64,000 nt of DNA from the NCBI GenBank assembly GCA_963422205.2, contig CAXMWX010000001.1, forward strand, positions 384,001-448,000, read 5' to 3'. Positions 1 to 12,441 of this stretch are shown in pieces. The DNA comes from Gammaproteobacteria bacterium. Its GTDB lineage: Bacteria > Pseudomonadota > Gammaproteobacteria > Eutrophobiales > Eutrophobiaceae. The notes under the pieces were generated by a model. It did no database searches, was not told where the DNA came from, and was given only the letters and a program-made list of their open reading frames with translations. The position numbers were made by a program, and so were the translations under genes. Within the stretch, counting starts at the first letter, position 1. Each line of letters opens with the position of its first letter.

Positions 1-719
1 TCATTCCAGGCGGTGCCCCACCGGGTTCCGGTCAGCCGGAAAATTGGCGGAAACTCAAAGTAGATCTCGACATGACGGCGAATGTACTCGGCATCTGCCT
101 GATTGGGCGCAACGGCCGCCGATGTGGCGCCGATGGTGTTGCATTTTACTCCTCTCGGAAAACAAAAAGAGAGAATCTGCTTTACCCGCTTGCTCTTTGC
201 TGGCGCAAAACCGCGCCCCTGAAATGCTTTTTTGAGACTATAAAAATCGCCCTGGGTATGGGCGTAGTTGTCCTCGAATATGACGTTCCTGAACCCGAAC
301 CAACGACACTGCTTCAGACGTTCGTATGCATTTTGATGATCATCAAAGAAGACCAGTGTGGTATTCGAATCCAGCGCCGACCAGTCCGAAAGACCGAAAT
401 CGGTCTCCTGATATCGCGCCCGGTCGGAGCGGTAGACCACATGGTCGAGTCTGGGATCGATCGAGATGATTTCTGTCTCAGGCAGCGCCTGCTCGATAAG
501 CCACGTTGAATGTCCCCGGAAAACACCGCTTTCGATCACGGTCTTCGGGTTGAGCTTTCGCAGCGCATACCATGTATAGAAGCTGTGAGGTGAGGACATG
601 CCACCAGCATTTTCCTTGAGCGGGCGCTCGTCATAGATATCCAGAAATACATCCAACTCGCCGATCAACTCCTCCCGTGACCAGGGCGGATCACCAATAT
701 CTATGGCAGCATCTTCCAT
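1..719 (-). CDS. Putative class I SAM methyltransferase-like protein, runs off the left edge (absent from ORF track)
   Basis: Manual translation from ATG at 719: MEDAAIDIGDPPWSREEL...VIESGVFRGHSTWLIEQA...LVFFDDHQNAYERL...IFEDNY; open to position 1; GGAG-like GAGG upstream. Confidence 0.7.
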   Translation of the reverse strand, partial: MEDAAIDIGDPPWSREELIGELDVFLDIYDERPLKENAGGMSSPHSFYTWYALRKLNPKTVIESGVFRGHSTWLIEQALPETEIISIDPRLDHVVYRSDRARYQETDFGLSDWSALDSNTTLVFFDDHQNAYERLKQCRWFGFRNVIFEDNYAHTQGDFYSLKKAFQGRGFAPAKSKRVKQILSFCFPRGVKCNTIGATSAAVAPNQADAEYIRRHVEIYFEFPPIFRLTGTRWGTAWN

Positions 720-1129
720 AAAAGCACCTCTGGTGCAAATAGACTCATCGGGTGACGGTGGACGTATCAATACGGATGCAGGCTATCTGTGCGTTGCCAT
801 GCTTTTTGTATACAACATTGCGGGAAGGGTATGGCGGTGCAGCCAGGTTTGTCAAGCCATGTACTTAATCCCGGCTAAAAATTTGCCTGGACTATGCAGT
901 GCGGTCGCTGGAAAAATATGACTCTCCCATGTATAGTTTTCCCTCGAACGATTACCGCAACCAGCCGCTGTAAGCAATGAGAACGGATGCGCTTTGGTGC
1001 AAGGTTGGAACATGGATTGATCAAATCTGACTTGGAAAACATAACGACAGTGACCGGGCTTGAGAAAATCAGGTTCAGCAAAACCCTGCCTTTTTATTGT
1101 GCGCTCGGGTTCAAATCAAAAATGACGCA

Positions 1130-2011
1130 ATGCCCAACGCAGTGAAGATCACCAAGGCCGTTTTTCCCGTGGCCGGCTGGGGGACGCGCACGCTGCCAGC
1201 AACAAAAATCACGGCCAAGGAAATGCTGCCCATCGTTGATAAACCCCTCATCCAGTACGCCGTCGAGGAGGCACTCGCCGCCGGCATAGACGAGATCATC
1301 TTCGTAACAGCAGAAGGCAAGCACACCATAGCGCAGCATTTTGCCCCCGCACCGAAGCTGGAAGCCAGATTGCAGCGGCAGGGCAAGCAGGACGCCTGTG
1401 AACTGGTGCATGACATTGTGCCTGCCCATGTCTCTGTCAAGGCGGTGATACAAGAAGAAGCCTTGGGCCTGGGTCATGCCGTGCTGTGCGCCCATGAACT
1501 GGTGGGGGATGCACCGGTTGCCGTGCTGCTGCCGGATGATCTTATCCATAACGAGGGCGCGGGTTGTCTGGCGCAGATGCTGGCACAGTATGAACGAGTA
1601 CAGGCCAGCCTGGTCGCAGTTGAGCAGGTGCCGCAACAAGACATCGCAAAATATGGCATTGTTGAGGTACAGCAAACTGCTGTCGGCTTGCCTGCCATGC
1701 GTTCGATTGTCGAGAAGCCCGCACCGGAGGCGGCGCCTTCGAACCTGGCGGTGGTGGGCAGGTATCTGTTATCTGCCAGGATCTGGCGCCACCTCGAACG
1801 TACCGGGGCAGATGGCGGCGGCGAGATTCAACTCACGGATGCCATCGCCCGCCTGCTGCTGGAAGAGACGGTTTACCTGTGCGAGTTTGCCGGCCAGCGC
1901 TACGATTGCGGCTCAAAACTGGGCCTGCTCAAGGCGAATGTGGCGCTCGGGCTGGAACACCCTGAGACCGGCGCGGCATTTTCCCGCTATCTATCCGCAT
2001 TACGCCCGTAA
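1130..2011 (+). CDS. galU: UTP-glucose-1-phosphate uridylyltransferase
   Basis: KAVFPVAGWGTRTLPATK, KEMLPIVDKPLIQY, VEKP, GEIQLTDAI motifs; ATG at 1130. Confidence 0.95.
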   Translation: MPNAVKITKAVFPVAGWGTRTLPATKITAKEMLPIVDKPLIQYAVEEALAAGIDEIIFVTAEGKHTIAQHFAPAPKLEARLQRQGKQDACELVHDIVPAHVSVKAVIQEEALGLGHAVLCAHELVGDAPVAVLLPDDLIHNEGAGCLAQMLAQYERVQASLVAVEQVPQQDIAKYGIVEVQQTAVGLPAMRSIVEKPAPEAAPSNLAVVGRYLLSARIWRHLERTGADGGGEIQLTDAIARLLLEETVYLCEFAGQRYDCGSKLGLLKANVALGLEHPETGAAFSRYLSALRP

Positions 2012-2281
2012 TACAATACATTTCAGTGATTTAGCGATCGTCAGGGTTGACCTGTCTGCCACACGTTTGTACCATGTATGCCTGCCTGGTATTCCCCGGC
2101 GTTCAGTTGGGCGAGGCGGCAGCAGAAAAAGACGCTTAATGCGCCTTTTTCCCGCCGGGCGCAAGGCCGTGGATGGCCGAGATCGCAGCCCCCGCCAGGG
2201 ATGGTGGCGGCAGCTAAGGTTGTTCAGCAGGTGAATCAGCAGGTGACATTGTCAAGCTGTGAAAGTGTTAAGTCGTACTGA

Positions 2282-2357
2282 TCCCCGGTAGCTCAGTCGG
2301 TAGAGCGGGTGACTGTTAATCACTAGGTCGGCGGTTCGAGCCCGTCCCGGGGAGCCA
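2282..2357 (+). tRNA. tRNA-Asn(GTT)
   Basis: TCCCCGG...CCGGGGA acceptor stem, anticodon loop CTGTTAA, GGTTCGAG T-loop, encoded CCA. Confidence 0.97.
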
Positions 2358-2514
2358 ATTTTCGCGAACCAGTTTCTTAAAGAGCCACCTCATCACCTGG
2401 CGCTGTTGCTTTTCGCCAGCCCTTTAAGGTCAAGCAGGCAACCCCCCTGGCATCAGTATCGGCCCAAAGGCGCCTTCCTTAAACGCCCCCGGCTTTGTGT
2501 TAGTATGGCCTTGA

Positions 2515-4539
2515 ATGAGAAATCAATTTGCATTGCAGGCGGAGTTTCAACCGGCGGGTGATCAGCCGGGTGCGATTGCCGGCTTACTGGACTCTGTTCA
2601 CAGCGGGGTGGCGCACCAGACCCTGCTGGGCGTTACCGGCTCTGGCAAGACCTTCACCATCGCCAATGTCATCAACGCCCTGCAACGCCCGACCTTGATC
2701 CTGGCGCCGAATAAAACCCTGGCCGCCCAGCTATACGGCGAGATGCGCGAGTTTTTCCCCGGCAATGCCGTGGAATACTTCGTCTCCTATTACGACTACT
2801 ACCAGCCGGAGGCCTACGTGCCCTCCTCGGACACCTATATCGAAAAAGACGCCTCCATCAATGAGCATATTGAACAGATGCGCTTATCGGCCACCAAGGC
2901 GCTGCTGGAGCGCGCCGATGCCATCATCGTGGCGACTGTCTCGGCCATTTACGGCCTGGGCGACCCGCAGGCGTACCTGAAAATGGTTTTGCATCTGGAT
3001 CGGGGCGAGCCCATGCAGCAGCGCTACCTGTTGCGGCGGCTGGCCGATATGCAGTACACCCGCAATGAGATTGAATTGCGCCGGGGGACGTATCGAGTTC
3101 GTGGCGATGTCATTGACATCTTCCCGGCTGAATCAGAGCGGGAAGCGGTGCGGCTGGAGCTGTTTGATGATGAGATTGAATCCCTGTCGTTATTTGACCC
3201 GCTGACCGGGGAAGTGATCAGAAAACTGCCCAGGATCACCATCCATCCCAAGAGCCATTATGTCACCCAAAGACAGATCATCTTAAATGCCATCGAGGCG
3301 ATCAGAGAGGAGCTTACGCACCGGCTGGCCGAGTTCAGGGCGAACAACAAGCTGGTGGAGTTGCAGCGTCTGGAGCAGCGTACCCGTTTTGATCTGGAGA
3401 TGATGCTGGAGATCGGTTATTGCACTGGCATTGAAAACTACTCCCGGCATTTATCCGGCCGCCAGCCGGGCGAGCCGCCGCCCACGCTGTTTGATTACCT
3501 GCCGCCTGATGCCTTGCTGGTCATCGATGAAAGCCATGTGACCGTGCCGCAGTTAGGGGCGATGTACAAAGGCGATCGTTCGCGCAAGGAGAACCTGGTG
3601 GAATATGGTTTTCGCCTGCCCTGCGCCCTGGATAACCGGCCCCTGCGCTTTGATGAGTTTCAGCGCTCCGCCCCGCAGACCATTTATGTCTCGGCAACGC
3701 CCGGCCCCTATGAGCGTACGCACGCCGATGAGATCATAGAGCAGGTCGTGCGCCCGACCGGGCTGGTCGATCCGAAGGTGGATATCCGCCCGGTGGTGAG
3801 CCAGGTGGATGATCTGTTATCAGAGATCCACCAGCGCGAACAGAGCAATGAACGGGTTCTGGTCACCACGCTGACCAAGCGCATGGCCGAGGATCTCACC
3901 GATTACCTGGCCGAGCATAACGTGAAGGTGCGCTATCTGCATTCTGATATTGACACGGTCGAGCGGGTGGAGATCATCCGTGATCTGCGCCTTGGCCGGT
4001 TCGATGTGCTGGTGGGGATCAACCTGCTGCGGGAGGGGCTGGACATGCCGGAAGTCTCGCTGGTGGCGATCCTGGATGCCGACAAGGAAGGCTTCCTGCG
4101 CTCCGAGACCACCTTGATACAGACCATCGGCCGGGCGGCACGCAATATCAACGGTCAGGCGATTATGTATGCCGATGAGATCACCGGCTCCATGCGCCGT
4201 GCCCTGGATGAGACTGACCGGCGGCGCGACAAACAGCTACGCTATAACGAGCAACACGGCATCACGCCGCAGGGCATTCACAAGGCGGTGACGGATATCA
4301 TGGAGGGCGCTTATGAAGCGAATACGCCTGCGGCCAGACGTTATGCCAGAGTCGCTGAGCCAGAGGCGGCGTATCTGGCCTTATCTCCGGCCGAGCGGGC
4401 GGCAAGAATCACGCAACTGGAAGCGGAGATGTACCGACATGCCCGTGATCTGGAGTTTGAGCAGGCCGCCGTTAAGCGGGATGAGCTTACCCGCTTAGAG
4501 CAACTGGAATTGGATATTCATGAGCAAAAAGCCAGCTAA
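2515..4539 (+). CDS. uvrB: Excinuclease ABC subunit B
   Basis: [23 protein letters not shown]-terminal UVR motif. Confidence 0.98.
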   Translation: MRNQFALQAEFQPAGDQPGAIAGLLDSVHSGVAHQTLLGVTGSGKTFTIANVINALQRPTLILAPNKTLAAQLYGEMREFFPGNAVEYFVSYYDYYQPEAYVPSSDTYIEKDASINEHIEQMRLSATKALLERADAIIVATVSAIYGLGDPQAYLKMVLHLDRGEPMQQRYLLRRLADMQYTRNEIELRRGTYRVRGDVIDIFPAESEREAVRLELFDDEIESLSLFDPLTGEVIRKLPRITIHPKSHYVTQRQIILNAIEAIREELTHRLAEFRANNKLVELQRLEQRTRFDLEMMLEIGYCTGIENYSRHLSGRQPGEPPPTLFDYLPPDALLVIDESHVTVPQLGAMYKGDRSRKENLVEYGFRLPCALDNRPLRFDEFQRSAPQTIYVSATPGPYERTHADEIIEQVVRPTGLVDPKVDIRPVVSQVDDLLSEIHQREQSNERVLVTTLTKRMAEDLTDYLAEHNVKVRYLHSDIDTVERVEIIRDLRLGRFDVLVGINLLREGLDMPEVSLVAILDADKEGFLRSETTLIQTIGRAARNINGQAIMYADEITGSMRRALDETDRRRDKQLRYNEQHGITPQGIHKAVTDIMEGAYEANTPAARRYARVAEPEAAYLALSPAERAARITQLEAEMYRHARDLEFEQAAVKRDELTRLEQLELDIHEQKAS

Positions 4540-6859
4540 AAACAGCGATGAGAAAAAGGCGGGATTGCGTACCGAGGCGCTGCGCTATCACAGTAACTTC
4601 CCGGCGGGCAAGCTGGCGATCTTCCCTACCAAGCCGCTGGCCAACCAGTATGATTTGTCGCTGGCTTACTCCCCGGGCGTGGCGGCGGCCTGTGAGGCGA
4701 TAGCCGAGGATGCGGGGCAGGCAGCAGCGCTCACCGCCCGTGGCAACCTGGTGGCCGTGATCACCAACGGCACAGCGGTACTGGGCCTGGGCGCGATCGG
4801 GCCGCTGGCCGCCAAGCCGGTGATGGAGGGCAAGGCCGTGTTGTTCAAGAAGTTTGCCGGGATTGATGTGTTTGATCTGGAGATCGATGAGCGCGACCCA
4901 GACAGGCTGGTGGAGATCATCGCCAGCCTGGCGCCCACCTTTGGTGGCATTAACTTAGAAGACATCAAGGCGCCGGAATGTTTTATCATCGAGCAAAAAC
5001 TGCAACAGCGGCTACAGATCCCGGTGCTGCATGACGATCAACACGGCACCGCCATCATCGTCTGTGCGGCGATCAAAAACGGCCTGCGAATCGTTGGCAA
5101 GGAGATCAGTACCGTGAAGCTCATTGCCTCCGGTGCGGGCGCTGCTGCCCTGGCCTGCCTGAAGCTGCTGCTGGAGGTGGGCGTTAGGAAGGAAAATATC
5201 ACGGTCACCGACATTGCCGGCGTAATCTATGAGGGGCGCTGCGATGAGATGGATGAGTACAAGGCCGAGTTCGCCCAGCCGACCGCCGCCAGAACCCTGG
5301 ACGATGTCATTGATGGAGCCGATATTTTCTTAGGGCTATCGGCGCCCAACGTGTTGACGCCAGCGATGGTCAAGCGCATGGCAGCACGCCCCCTGATCCT
5401 CGCCCTGGCCAATCCCACGCCGGAGATCCTGCCCGATGTGGCGAAGGCGGCCCGGCCAGATGCCATCATCGCCACCGGCCGCTCTGACTTCCCCAATCAG
5501 GTGAATAATGTCTTGTGTTTTCCGTATCTGTTCAAGGGCGCGCTGGATGTCGGGGCGAGAACCATCAACCAGGCCATGAAGATCGCCTGCGTCAATGCCA
5601 TCGCCGACCTGGCGATGGCCGAGACCTCCGAGGTGGTGATGCGCGCCTATGGTGGCGGCAATCTGACCTTCGGCCCGGAGTACATCATTCCCAAGCCGTT
5701 TGATCCGCGCCTGATCGTGCGGGTTGCCCCGGCTGTGGCACGGGCGGCGATGGACAGCGGCGTGGCCAGCCGCCCGCTGGCCGATATGAAGGTCTACCGG
5801 CAGAAGCTCATTCAGTTTGTGTTTCAGACCGGCACCATCATGAACCCGGTCTTCGCCCAGGCACAGGAGCAGCCCAGACGGGTGGTCTATGCCGAGGGCG
5901 AGGAGCCCAGGGTGTTGCAGGCGGTACAGCAAATCGTCGATGAGGGGATCGCCAGGCCCGTGCTGGTGGGGCGCACGGAGGTCATCAGCCGGCGGATCAG
6001 AAAACTGAGCCTGAGACTGACAAGAGGGCAGGACTATGAGGTCATCAACCCGATCAACGATCGGCGCTGCCGTCCGCTGGCGGCCTTGTATCACGATCTC
6101 ATGTGCCGTAACGGGATCTCGCCGGATGAGGCGCGACGCATCGTCAGGACACAGCCAACAGCGCTGGCGGCCCTGATGCTGAAAAATGGCGATGTTGATG
6201 CGATGCTGTGCGGCAGCGTCGGGCCCTATATCAATCATCTGATACAGGTGCGGGAGATCATTGGTCGGCGCGCTGACGTCACGCATTACTCTTCGATGAC
6301 GGTGCTGGTCTTGCCTGGCGGTACGTTTTTTCTCTGCGATACCCACGTCACGCCGCTGCCCACCAAGGATGAGATTGTCGAGATGACCCTGCTGAGTGCC
6401 GAGGCGGTGCAGCGTTTTGGCATCAAGCCGCGGGTGGCCTTGCTGTCGCATTCCAATTTTGGTAGTCGCGATAACGATTCCAGCAGGAAAATGCGCGAGG
6501 CGACCGCCATCATCCAGACCGTGGCGCCGGGCCTGGTCGTGGATGGCGAAATGCACGTGGATGCGGCCTTGTCGGAGACTATCCGGGCGCGGTGTTTTCC
6601 CAATGCCAGGCTGCGTGGCCGGGCCAACACCTTGATCATGCCGAACCTGGATGCGGCGAATATCTCCTATAATCTGCTGAAGATGCTGGGCGGCGGCGTT
6701 ACCATCGGCCCGCTGTTGCTGGGTACGGGCGAACCGGCGCATATCATAACCAACTCGACCTCGGTACGTGGCCTGGTGAACATGACCGCCCTGGCCGTGG
6801 TGGAGGCCCAGGCCATCGCCAACCGGCCATCCGCACAGGCCAATAGCCTGTCGGCCTGA
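4520..6859 (+). CDS. maeB: NADP-dependent malic enzyme with PTA-like C-terminal domain
   Basis: [49 protein letters not shown]; 779 aa. Confidence 0.95.
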   Translation: MSKKPAKNSDEKKAGLRTEALRYHSNFPAGKLAIFPTKPLANQYDLSLAYSPGVAAACEAIAEDAGQAAALTARGNLVAVITNGTAVLGLGAIGPLAAKPVMEGKAVLFKKFAGIDVFDLEIDERDPDRLVEIIASLAPTFGGINLEDIKAPECFIIEQKLQQRLQIPVLHDDQHGTAIIVCAAIKNGLRIVGKEISTVKLIASGAGAAALACLKLLLEVGVRKENITVTDIAGVIYEGRCDEMDEYKAEFAQPTAARTLDDVIDGADIFLGLSAPNVLTPAMVKRMAARPLILALANPTPEILPDVAKAARPDAIIATGRSDFPNQVNNVLCFPYLFKGALDVGARTINQAMKIACVNAIADLAMAETSEVVMRAYGGGNLTFGPEYIIPKPFDPRLIVRVAPAVARAAMDSGVASRPLADMKVYRQKLIQFVFQTGTIMNPVFAQAQEQPRRVVYAEGEEPRVLQAVQQIVDEGIARPVLVGRTEVISRRIRKLSLRLTRGQDYEVINPINDRRCRPLAALYHDLMCRNGISPDEARRIVRTQPTALAALMLKNGDVDAMLCGSVGPYINHLIQVREIIGRRADVTHYSSMTVLVLPGGTFFLCDTHVTPLPTKDEIVEMTLLSAEAVQRFGIKPRVALLSHSNFGSRDNDSSRKMREATAIIQTVAPGLVVDGEMHVDAALSETIRARCFPNARLRGRANTLIMPNLDAANISYNLLKMLGGGVTIGPLLLGTGEPAHIITNSTSVRGLVNMTALAVVEAQAIANRPSAQANSLSA

Positions 6860-6903
6860 TGGCGACTGCCAGCAGTATAGCGAGCGAGTAACAGGGCCTT
6901 ATC

Positions 6904-7873
6904 ATGCCCGACCCTCATCAAGACCCGGTCGCCCACGCATCGGCTTCGGGGCCGGAGCGGCCGACTATTTCGGTAATCATTCCGGTGTACAACCGCTATG
7001 ACAGCTTGGTGCGGGCGCTGGATTCAGTGCATGCTCAAACCTGGTCAGCCCATGAAATCCTGATCGTTGATGATGGATCGGACAGCCCCTTTGCCGAGAA
7101 AATCGCCCGCCTTGAGGGCGGACGGGTGCGGATCATACGCCATCCGGCTAATCGCGGTGCGGCAGCGGCGAGAAATACGGGTCTGGCGTCGGCTGTCGGC
7201 GATTATGTTGCATTGCTGGACTCCGATGATTGCTGGTTGCCGAACAAGACAGCAGCACAACTGGCCACTATGCGCCCGGCCCCCGGATGTTCGCCTGGGC
7301 GTTCAGCAGATGCCTGTGTTTGTGGCGTCTTCAGGCAATATCCTGAGACTTATCCGGGACGCATCGGGCAAGATAAGCGCAGAAAGTGATCTGCCACCTG
7401 TCGCGCTTACCCTGAAATCTGCGGTTGACCAGCCTGGCCATAATGTCAATACCACACTGCTGATCAAACGCCATCTGCTCAATGAGGTTGGGCTGCAAGA
7501 TGAGTGCTTGTTATTTGCCGAGGACTGGGACTGGTTGCTGCGTATTGTCAGGGTGACTGCCGTTATCGGGCTGGATCAGCCCCTGGCGCAATGTCATGTG
7601 CGCCCCTGCCATTCGGCGCATGCAAAGAGAGCCATTCAGGATATCAAACGGCTGCTGTTAAAGCACCTGCCATGGTTACTCAGAACCCGTCCGGGCTGTG
7701 TGCCGTTCTTGCTCTCATCGGCTGCCGGCTATCTCGCCATGCAGATGCTAAGCCAGCGCCGTCCGTTGCGGTTTGGCTGGTATGCCCTGTGTGCGCTGTT
7801 GCTGCGTCCCTCGCTGATGTGCTCTGTGGCGAATTGGCGGCGCCTGCACTATCGCTATCGCTTGTCAAGGTAA
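6904..7873 (+). pseudogene. GT2 glycosyltransferase with a +1 frameshift near 7320-7350
   Basis: N-half SVIIPVYNR/VDDGS/LLDSDD in frame 6904; C-half EVGLQDECLLFAEDWDW in frame 7067. Confidence 0.75.
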
Positions 7874-8141
7874 GGATCACAACGAATGGCAACGGGAGGT
7901 ATCATAGCGGGCGGCCCGATAACCCGTCAGTGGCTTGCCCGGTTGCCTGTCCAGAGGCGCATATTGTACGTTCCTCGGCCAGATGACAGATCGATTTTTA
8001 GTTGCTATGCTGTACTGCCTGTGACATGTTGTCCGGTGGATAAACGCCGCATCAGGAATGGCCGGCCAGGGATAGCGCGAGGCGGGTGTAGCGTATGGTG
8101 CAGGAGCGGCGGCATGGATGCCAGTTGAAGCAGTAAAACCC

Positions 8142-8218
<77 letters not shown>

Positions 8219-8258
8219 TTTTTCAACTACCACAACATCATGCTCTCTTTAAAAACAC

Positions 8259-8279
8259 GTGGCCTGTTGTGGGGGCCAC
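8259..8279 (+). promoter_or_regulatory. Putative thrS operator hairpin mimicking the tRNA-Thr anticodon arm
   Basis: GTGGCCT-GTTGTGG-GGGCCAC: 7-nt loop with central TGT, just upstream of the thrS RBS. Confidence 0.6.
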
Positions 8280-8299
8280 CACTGCGATGAGGAGATAAC

Positions 8300-10219
8300 A
8301 TGCCGGTTATTACCCTGCCTGATGGCAGTCAGCGGCAATTTGATCAGCCTGTCTCGATCAGGCAGGTGGCCGAGGCCATCGGGCCGGGGCTTGCCAGGGT
8401 GATGCTGGCCGGTGAGGTCGATGGCATCCTGCGGGATGCCGCCCACGTGATCGACGAGGCGGCGGTATTGCGTATCATCACCGAGCGCGACCCGGAAGGT
8501 CTTGAGATCATCCGCCATTCCACCGCCCACCTGCTGGCCCAGGCGGTTAAAAGCCTGTTCCCCACAGCCCAGGTGACCATTGGCCCGGTGATTGAGGATG
8601 GGTTTTATTATGACTTTGCCTATGAACGGCCCTTCACGCCAGAGGATGTTGCGGCGATTGAAAAGAAGATGATCGAACTGGCGAGGGCGGGGGATGAGGT
8701 GAGCCGCACAGTGATGGCGCGTACCCAGGCCGTGGATTTTTTCCGCACCATGGGCGAGGAGTACAAGGCACAGATCATTGAATCTATTCCGGCAGATGAG
8801 ACCCTCTCGCTGTACTCCCAGGGTGATTTTATTGATCTCTGCCGTGGCCCGCACGTACCGAACACCAATCGCCTCAAGGCGTTCAAGCTGACCAAGCTGG
8901 CCGGGTCTTACTGGCGCGGGGATGCCAGCAATGCCATGTTGCAGCGTATCTATGGCACCGCCTGGCCGGATAAAAAGGCATTGAAGCGGTATCTGCATCG
9001 CCTTGAGGAGGCAGAGAGGCGTGATCATCGCAAGCTGGCAAAGCGGCTGGATTTGTTTCATTTCCAGGCCGAAGCGCCGGGCATGGTGTTCTGGCATCCG
9101 CACGGCTGGACGCTGTACAAGCTGATTGAGGACTATATGCGGGCGAAGATGGCAGCAGCTGGCTATCAGGAGATCAACACGCCGCAGTTGGTTGATCGCA
9201 GCTTGTGGGAGGAGAGCGGCCATTGGGATAAATTTCAGCAGTATATGTTTACCACCGAATCGGAGAATCGCGATTATGCGATCAAGCCGATGAACTGCCC
9301 CGGCCATGTCCAGGTTTTCAATCAGGGGCTGAAGAGCTACCGGGATCTGCCGCTGCGGCTGGCGGAGTTTGGCTCCTGTCATCGCTATGAGCCTTCCGGC
9401 ACCTTGCACGGGTTGATGCGGGTGCGGCATTTTACCCAGGATGATGCCCATATTTTTTGTACCGAGGCGCAGTTGCAGGATGAGGTTGCCGCCTTTATCC
9501 GGCTGTTGTTTTCAGTCTATGCCGATTTCGGTTTTGATGAGATTTTGATCAAGCTGGCAGACCGTCCGGCCGAGCGGGTCGGCAGTGACAGTGAATGGGA
9601 CAAGGCGGAGCAGGCGCTGCAACGGGCGGTCGAATTGAACCGGCTGGACTGGCAGTTAAACCCGGGCGAGGGGGCTTTTTACGGGCCCAAGATCGAATTT
9701 TCTCTCAAAGACTGTATTGGTCGGGTGTGGCAATGCGGCACCATCCAGGTGGATTTTTCCATGCCCCATCGTTTGCAGGCCAGCTATGTGGATGAGCAGA
9801 GTAACAAGCAGGTGCCGGTCATGCTGCATCGGGCGATCCTCGGCTCTATGGAGCGTTTTATCGGCATCTTGATAGAAAACCATGCGGGCGCGTTTCCCCT
9901 CTGGCTGGCTCCGGTGCAGGCGGTCATCGCTTCAATTACCGAAAATCAGGCCGACTATGCCGTCAAAGTGGCAGAAGATCTGAAAGCCTGGGGCTTTCGC
10001 GTTGATACCGACTTGAGAAATGAAACGATCGGCCTTAAAATCCGCGAACACGCCATGCAGCGCATCCCGTATCAGCTGATCGTGGGCAAACGGGAAGAGG
10101 CAACGGCCACTGTTGCTGTGCGTACGCGGGCGGGCGAGGATCTGGGGGCGATGGCCCTGACAGATTTCATCACACAACTGGCGGCCGAGCAGGCCCATCG
10201 CGGCAGAACAGGAGAGTAA
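8300..10219 (+). CDS. thrS: Threonine--tRNA ligase
   Basis: [43 protein letters not shown]. Confidence 0.98.
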   Translation: MPVITLPDGSQRQFDQPVSIRQVAEAIGPGLARVMLAGEVDGILRDAAHVIDEAAVLRIITERDPEGLEIIRHSTAHLLAQAVKSLFPTAQVTIGPVIEDGFYYDFAYERPFTPEDVAAIEKKMIELARAGDEVSRTVMARTQAVDFFRTMGEEYKAQIIESIPADETLSLYSQGDFIDLCRGPHVPNTNRLKAFKLTKLAGSYWRGDASNAMLQRIYGTAWPDKKALKRYLHRLEEAERRDHRKLAKRLDLFHFQAEAPGMVFWHPHGWTLYKLIEDYMRAKMAAAGYQEINTPQLVDRSLWEESGHWDKFQQYMFTTESENRDYAIKPMNCPGHVQVFNQGLKSYRDLPLRLAEFGSCHRYEPSGTLHGLMRVRHFTQDDAHIFCTEAQLQDEVAAFIRLLFSVYADFGFDEILIKLADRPAERVGSDSEWDKAEQALQRAVELNRLDWQLNPGEGAFYGPKIEFSLKDCIGRVWQCGTIQVDFSMPHRLQASYVDEQSNKQVPVMLHRAILGSMERFIGILIENHAGAFPLWLAPVQAVIASITENQADYAVKVAEDLKAWGFRVDTDLRNETIGLKIREHAMQRIPYQLIVGKREEATATVAVRTRAGEDLGAMALTDFITQLAAEQAHRGRTGE

Positions 10220-10223
10220 ACCT

Positions 10224-10739
10224 ATCGCCATTGAAAAACAGAATCGCCTGAATGAAGAAATCGTGGTTGATGAGGTCAGGTTAATCGGTATGGATGGCGA
10301 GCAGGTGGGCATTGTGCCGCTACAACAGGCCCAGCAGATAGCCGATGAGGCCGAGCTTGATCTGGTGGAGATCGTTCCAAACCAGTCGCCGCCGGTTTGT
10401 CGGGTGATGGATTACGGCAAATACCTGTTTGAGCAGAGCAAGAAAAGACATGCGGCGAGGAAAAAGCAGAAGCAGATTCACGTCAAGGAAGTGAAGTTCA
10501 GGCCGGGTACGGATGAGGGCGATTACTGGGTGAAGCTGCGTAACATCAGCCGTTTTCTCAAAAATGGTGATAAGGTGAAGGTGACTTTGCGTTTCCGTGG
10601 TCGGGAGATGGCGCACCAGGAGCTGGGCAGTCAGATGCTGGAGCGCATTGAGGAAGATATGGAGGAGCTGGGGCAGGTGGAGCAATTCCCCAAGCTGGAG
10701 GGCCGGCAGATGGTGATGGTGCTGGCGCCCAGACGATAA
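10224..10739 (+). CDS. infC: Translation initiation factor IF-3, non-AUG start (ATC 10224 or ATT 10230)
   Basis: [38 protein letters not shown]; GGAG 9 nt before ATC. Confidence 0.95.
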   Translation: MAIEKQNRLNEEIVVDEVRLIGMDGEQVGIVPLQQAQQIADEAELDLVEIVPNQSPPVCRVMDYGKYLFEQSKKRHAARKKQKQIHVKEVKFRPGTDEGDYWVKLRNISRFLKNGDKVKVTLRFRGREMAHQELGSQMLERIEEDMEELGQVEQFPKLEGRQMVMVLAPRR

Positions 10740-10791
10740 TCCCTGGTTACGGTCATTGCGTAGAAAAATCAGATAAACGTGGAGTTGATGT

Positions 10792-10989
10792 ATGCCAAAG
10801 ATGAAGACAAACCGGGGGGCGGCCAAACGCTTCAGCAAGACCGGCTCCGGCCGGTTTAAGCACCGGCAATCCTTTCGCAACCATATTTTGACGAAGAAGC
10901 CGGCAAAACGGATCAGACAATTACGCGCCATGAATCTGGTGCATGATAATGATCATAAGTCCGTTGAGCGGCTGCTGCCCTACAGTTAA
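10792..10989 (+). CDS. rpmI: 50S ribosomal protein L35
   Basis: [14 protein letters not shown]...HILTKK; operon position. Confidence 0.97.
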   Translation: MPKMKTNRGAAKRFSKTGSGRFKHRQSFRNHILTKKPAKRIRQLRAMNLVHDNDHKSVERLLPYS

Positions 10990-11001
10990 TGAGGTGTTAT
11001 C

Positions 11002-11361
11002 ATGCCCCGAGTTAAACGTGGCGTAACAGCGCGCGCCAGACACAAAAAAATCATCGCCCAGGCAAAGGGTTACCGTGGCAGGCGCAAGAACGTCTTTCGG
11101 GTGGCCAAGCAGGCGGTGATCAAGGCCGGCCAGTATGCCTACCGTGACCGGCGACAGAGAAAGCGCCAGTTCCGTGCCCTGTGGATTGCCCGCATCAATG
11201 CCGCTGCGCGTGAACATGGCTTGAGCTACAGCCGCTTCATGCACGGTTTGACCCGTGCAACAATCGCCATCGATCGAAAAGTGCTGGCGGATATCGCAGT
11301 GCATGACAAGCCGGCATTTGCACAGTTGGCAGAGCAGGCCCGTTCCAGTCTCGCCAGCTAG
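11002..11361 (+). CDS. rplT: 50S ribosomal protein L20
   Basis: [16 protein letters not shown]...[12 protein letters not shown]. Confidence 0.98.
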   Translation: MPRVKRGVTARARHKKIIAQAKGYRGRRKNVFRVAKQAVIKAGQYAYRDRRQRKRQFRALWIARINAAAREHGLSYSRFMHGLTRATIAIDRKVLADIAVHDKPAFAQLAEQARSSLAS

Positions 11362-11387
11362 TCACCATTACCCTGTTGCTGGCATCT

Positions 11388-11420
11388 AAGGAAAGGGCGA
11401 CCCCCTTTCCTTTTTTATTT
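11388..11420 (+). terminator. Intrinsic terminator or attenuator hairpin between rplT and pheS
   Basis: AAGGAAAGGG-CGACC-CCCTTTCCTT followed by T tract. Confidence 0.7.
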
Positions 11421-11436
11421 GTGGTGTGGAAAGTGA

Positions 11437-12417
11437 ATGTATGAGATAGAACAGATGATTCAGGATGCCATCGCTGAGGTAGAGGCAGCAGGGCATCAGC
11501 AGGCGCTGGCCGAGGTGAAGGTGAAGTATCTGGGCAAGCGGGGTGAGGTAACGTACCTGTTAGGGCAGGTGGGCGGCCTGCCTGCCGAGCAGCGCCCGGC
11601 GGCCGGGCAGGCGATCAACCAGGCCAAGGCCGAGATTGCCGCGGCTATCGAAGATAGAGAGACGGTACTGCTGGCAGCGCAGCTACAACACAGGCTGGCG
11701 GATGAGCAGGTGGATATGAGCCTGCCCGCACGCGGGCAAAGGCGCGGCGGCCTGCATCCGGTGTCGCTTGTGCTGGCGGAGATCGAGCGTTTATTTACCG
11801 AGATCGGTTTTTCTGTGGTTGACGGCCCGGAGATTGAGGATAACTATTACAATTTCGAGGCGCTGAATATCCCCGCCCATCATCCTGCCCGGGCGATGCA
11901 CGATACGTTCTACATCGATGCCGAGCTGTTATTACGCACGCACACCTCCAATGTGCAGATTCGTTACATGCAGGCACACCAGCCACCCATCCGCATCATT
12001 GCCCCGGGCCGGGTGTATCGCTGTGATTCTGATATGACGCACACGCCCATGTTCCATCAGGTTGAAGGGCTGATGGTCGATACAGGCATCACATTCACGC
12101 ACTTAAAAGGGATCCTCGAAGCCTTCGTACATAATCTGTTCCATCCGGCTATCAAGGTCCGGTTTCGTCCCTCTTATTTTCCATTCACAGAGCCATCTGC
12201 TGAGGTGGATATTCTGGGTGAGCGCGGCTGGATGGAGATCCTCGGTTGCGGCATGGTGCATCCTAAGGTGCTGGAGAACGTTGGTATCGACAGCAAAAAA
12301 TACAGTGGCTTTGCCTTTGGTATGGGTGCTGAGCGCATGGCCATGTTGAAATACGGGATCGATGATATTCGTCTGTTCTTTGACAATGATCTGCGCTTTC
12401 TTGAGCAGTTTAATTAA
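11437..12417 (+). CDS. pheS: Phenylalanine--tRNA ligase alpha subunit
   Basis: [38 protein letters not shown]. Confidence 0.98.
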   Translation: MYEIEQMIQDAIAEVEAAGHQQALAEVKVKYLGKRGEVTYLLGQVGGLPAEQRPAAGQAINQAKAEIAAAIEDRETVLLAAQLQHRLADEQVDMSLPARGQRRGGLHPVSLVLAEIERLFTEIGFSVVDGPEIEDNYYNFEALNIPAHHPARAMHDTFYIDAELLLRTHTSNVQIRYMQAHQPPIRIIAPGRVYRCDSDMTHTPMFHQVEGLMVDTGITFTHLKGILEAFVHNLFHPAIKVRFRPSYFPFTEPSAEVDILGERGWMEILGCGMVHPKVLENVGIDSKKYSGFAFGMGAERMAMLKYGIDDIRLFFDNDLRFLEQFN

Positions 12418-12441
12418 CATGAATTCAGGCTGACGCCAAAG

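Noticed and set aside
2403-2419. LexA box upstream of uvrB
   Set aside because: CTG-N11-CAG, not the N10 spacing
11362-11436. pheM-type leader peptide
   Set aside because: No Phe-rich ORF in the 75-bp gap; only a hairpin
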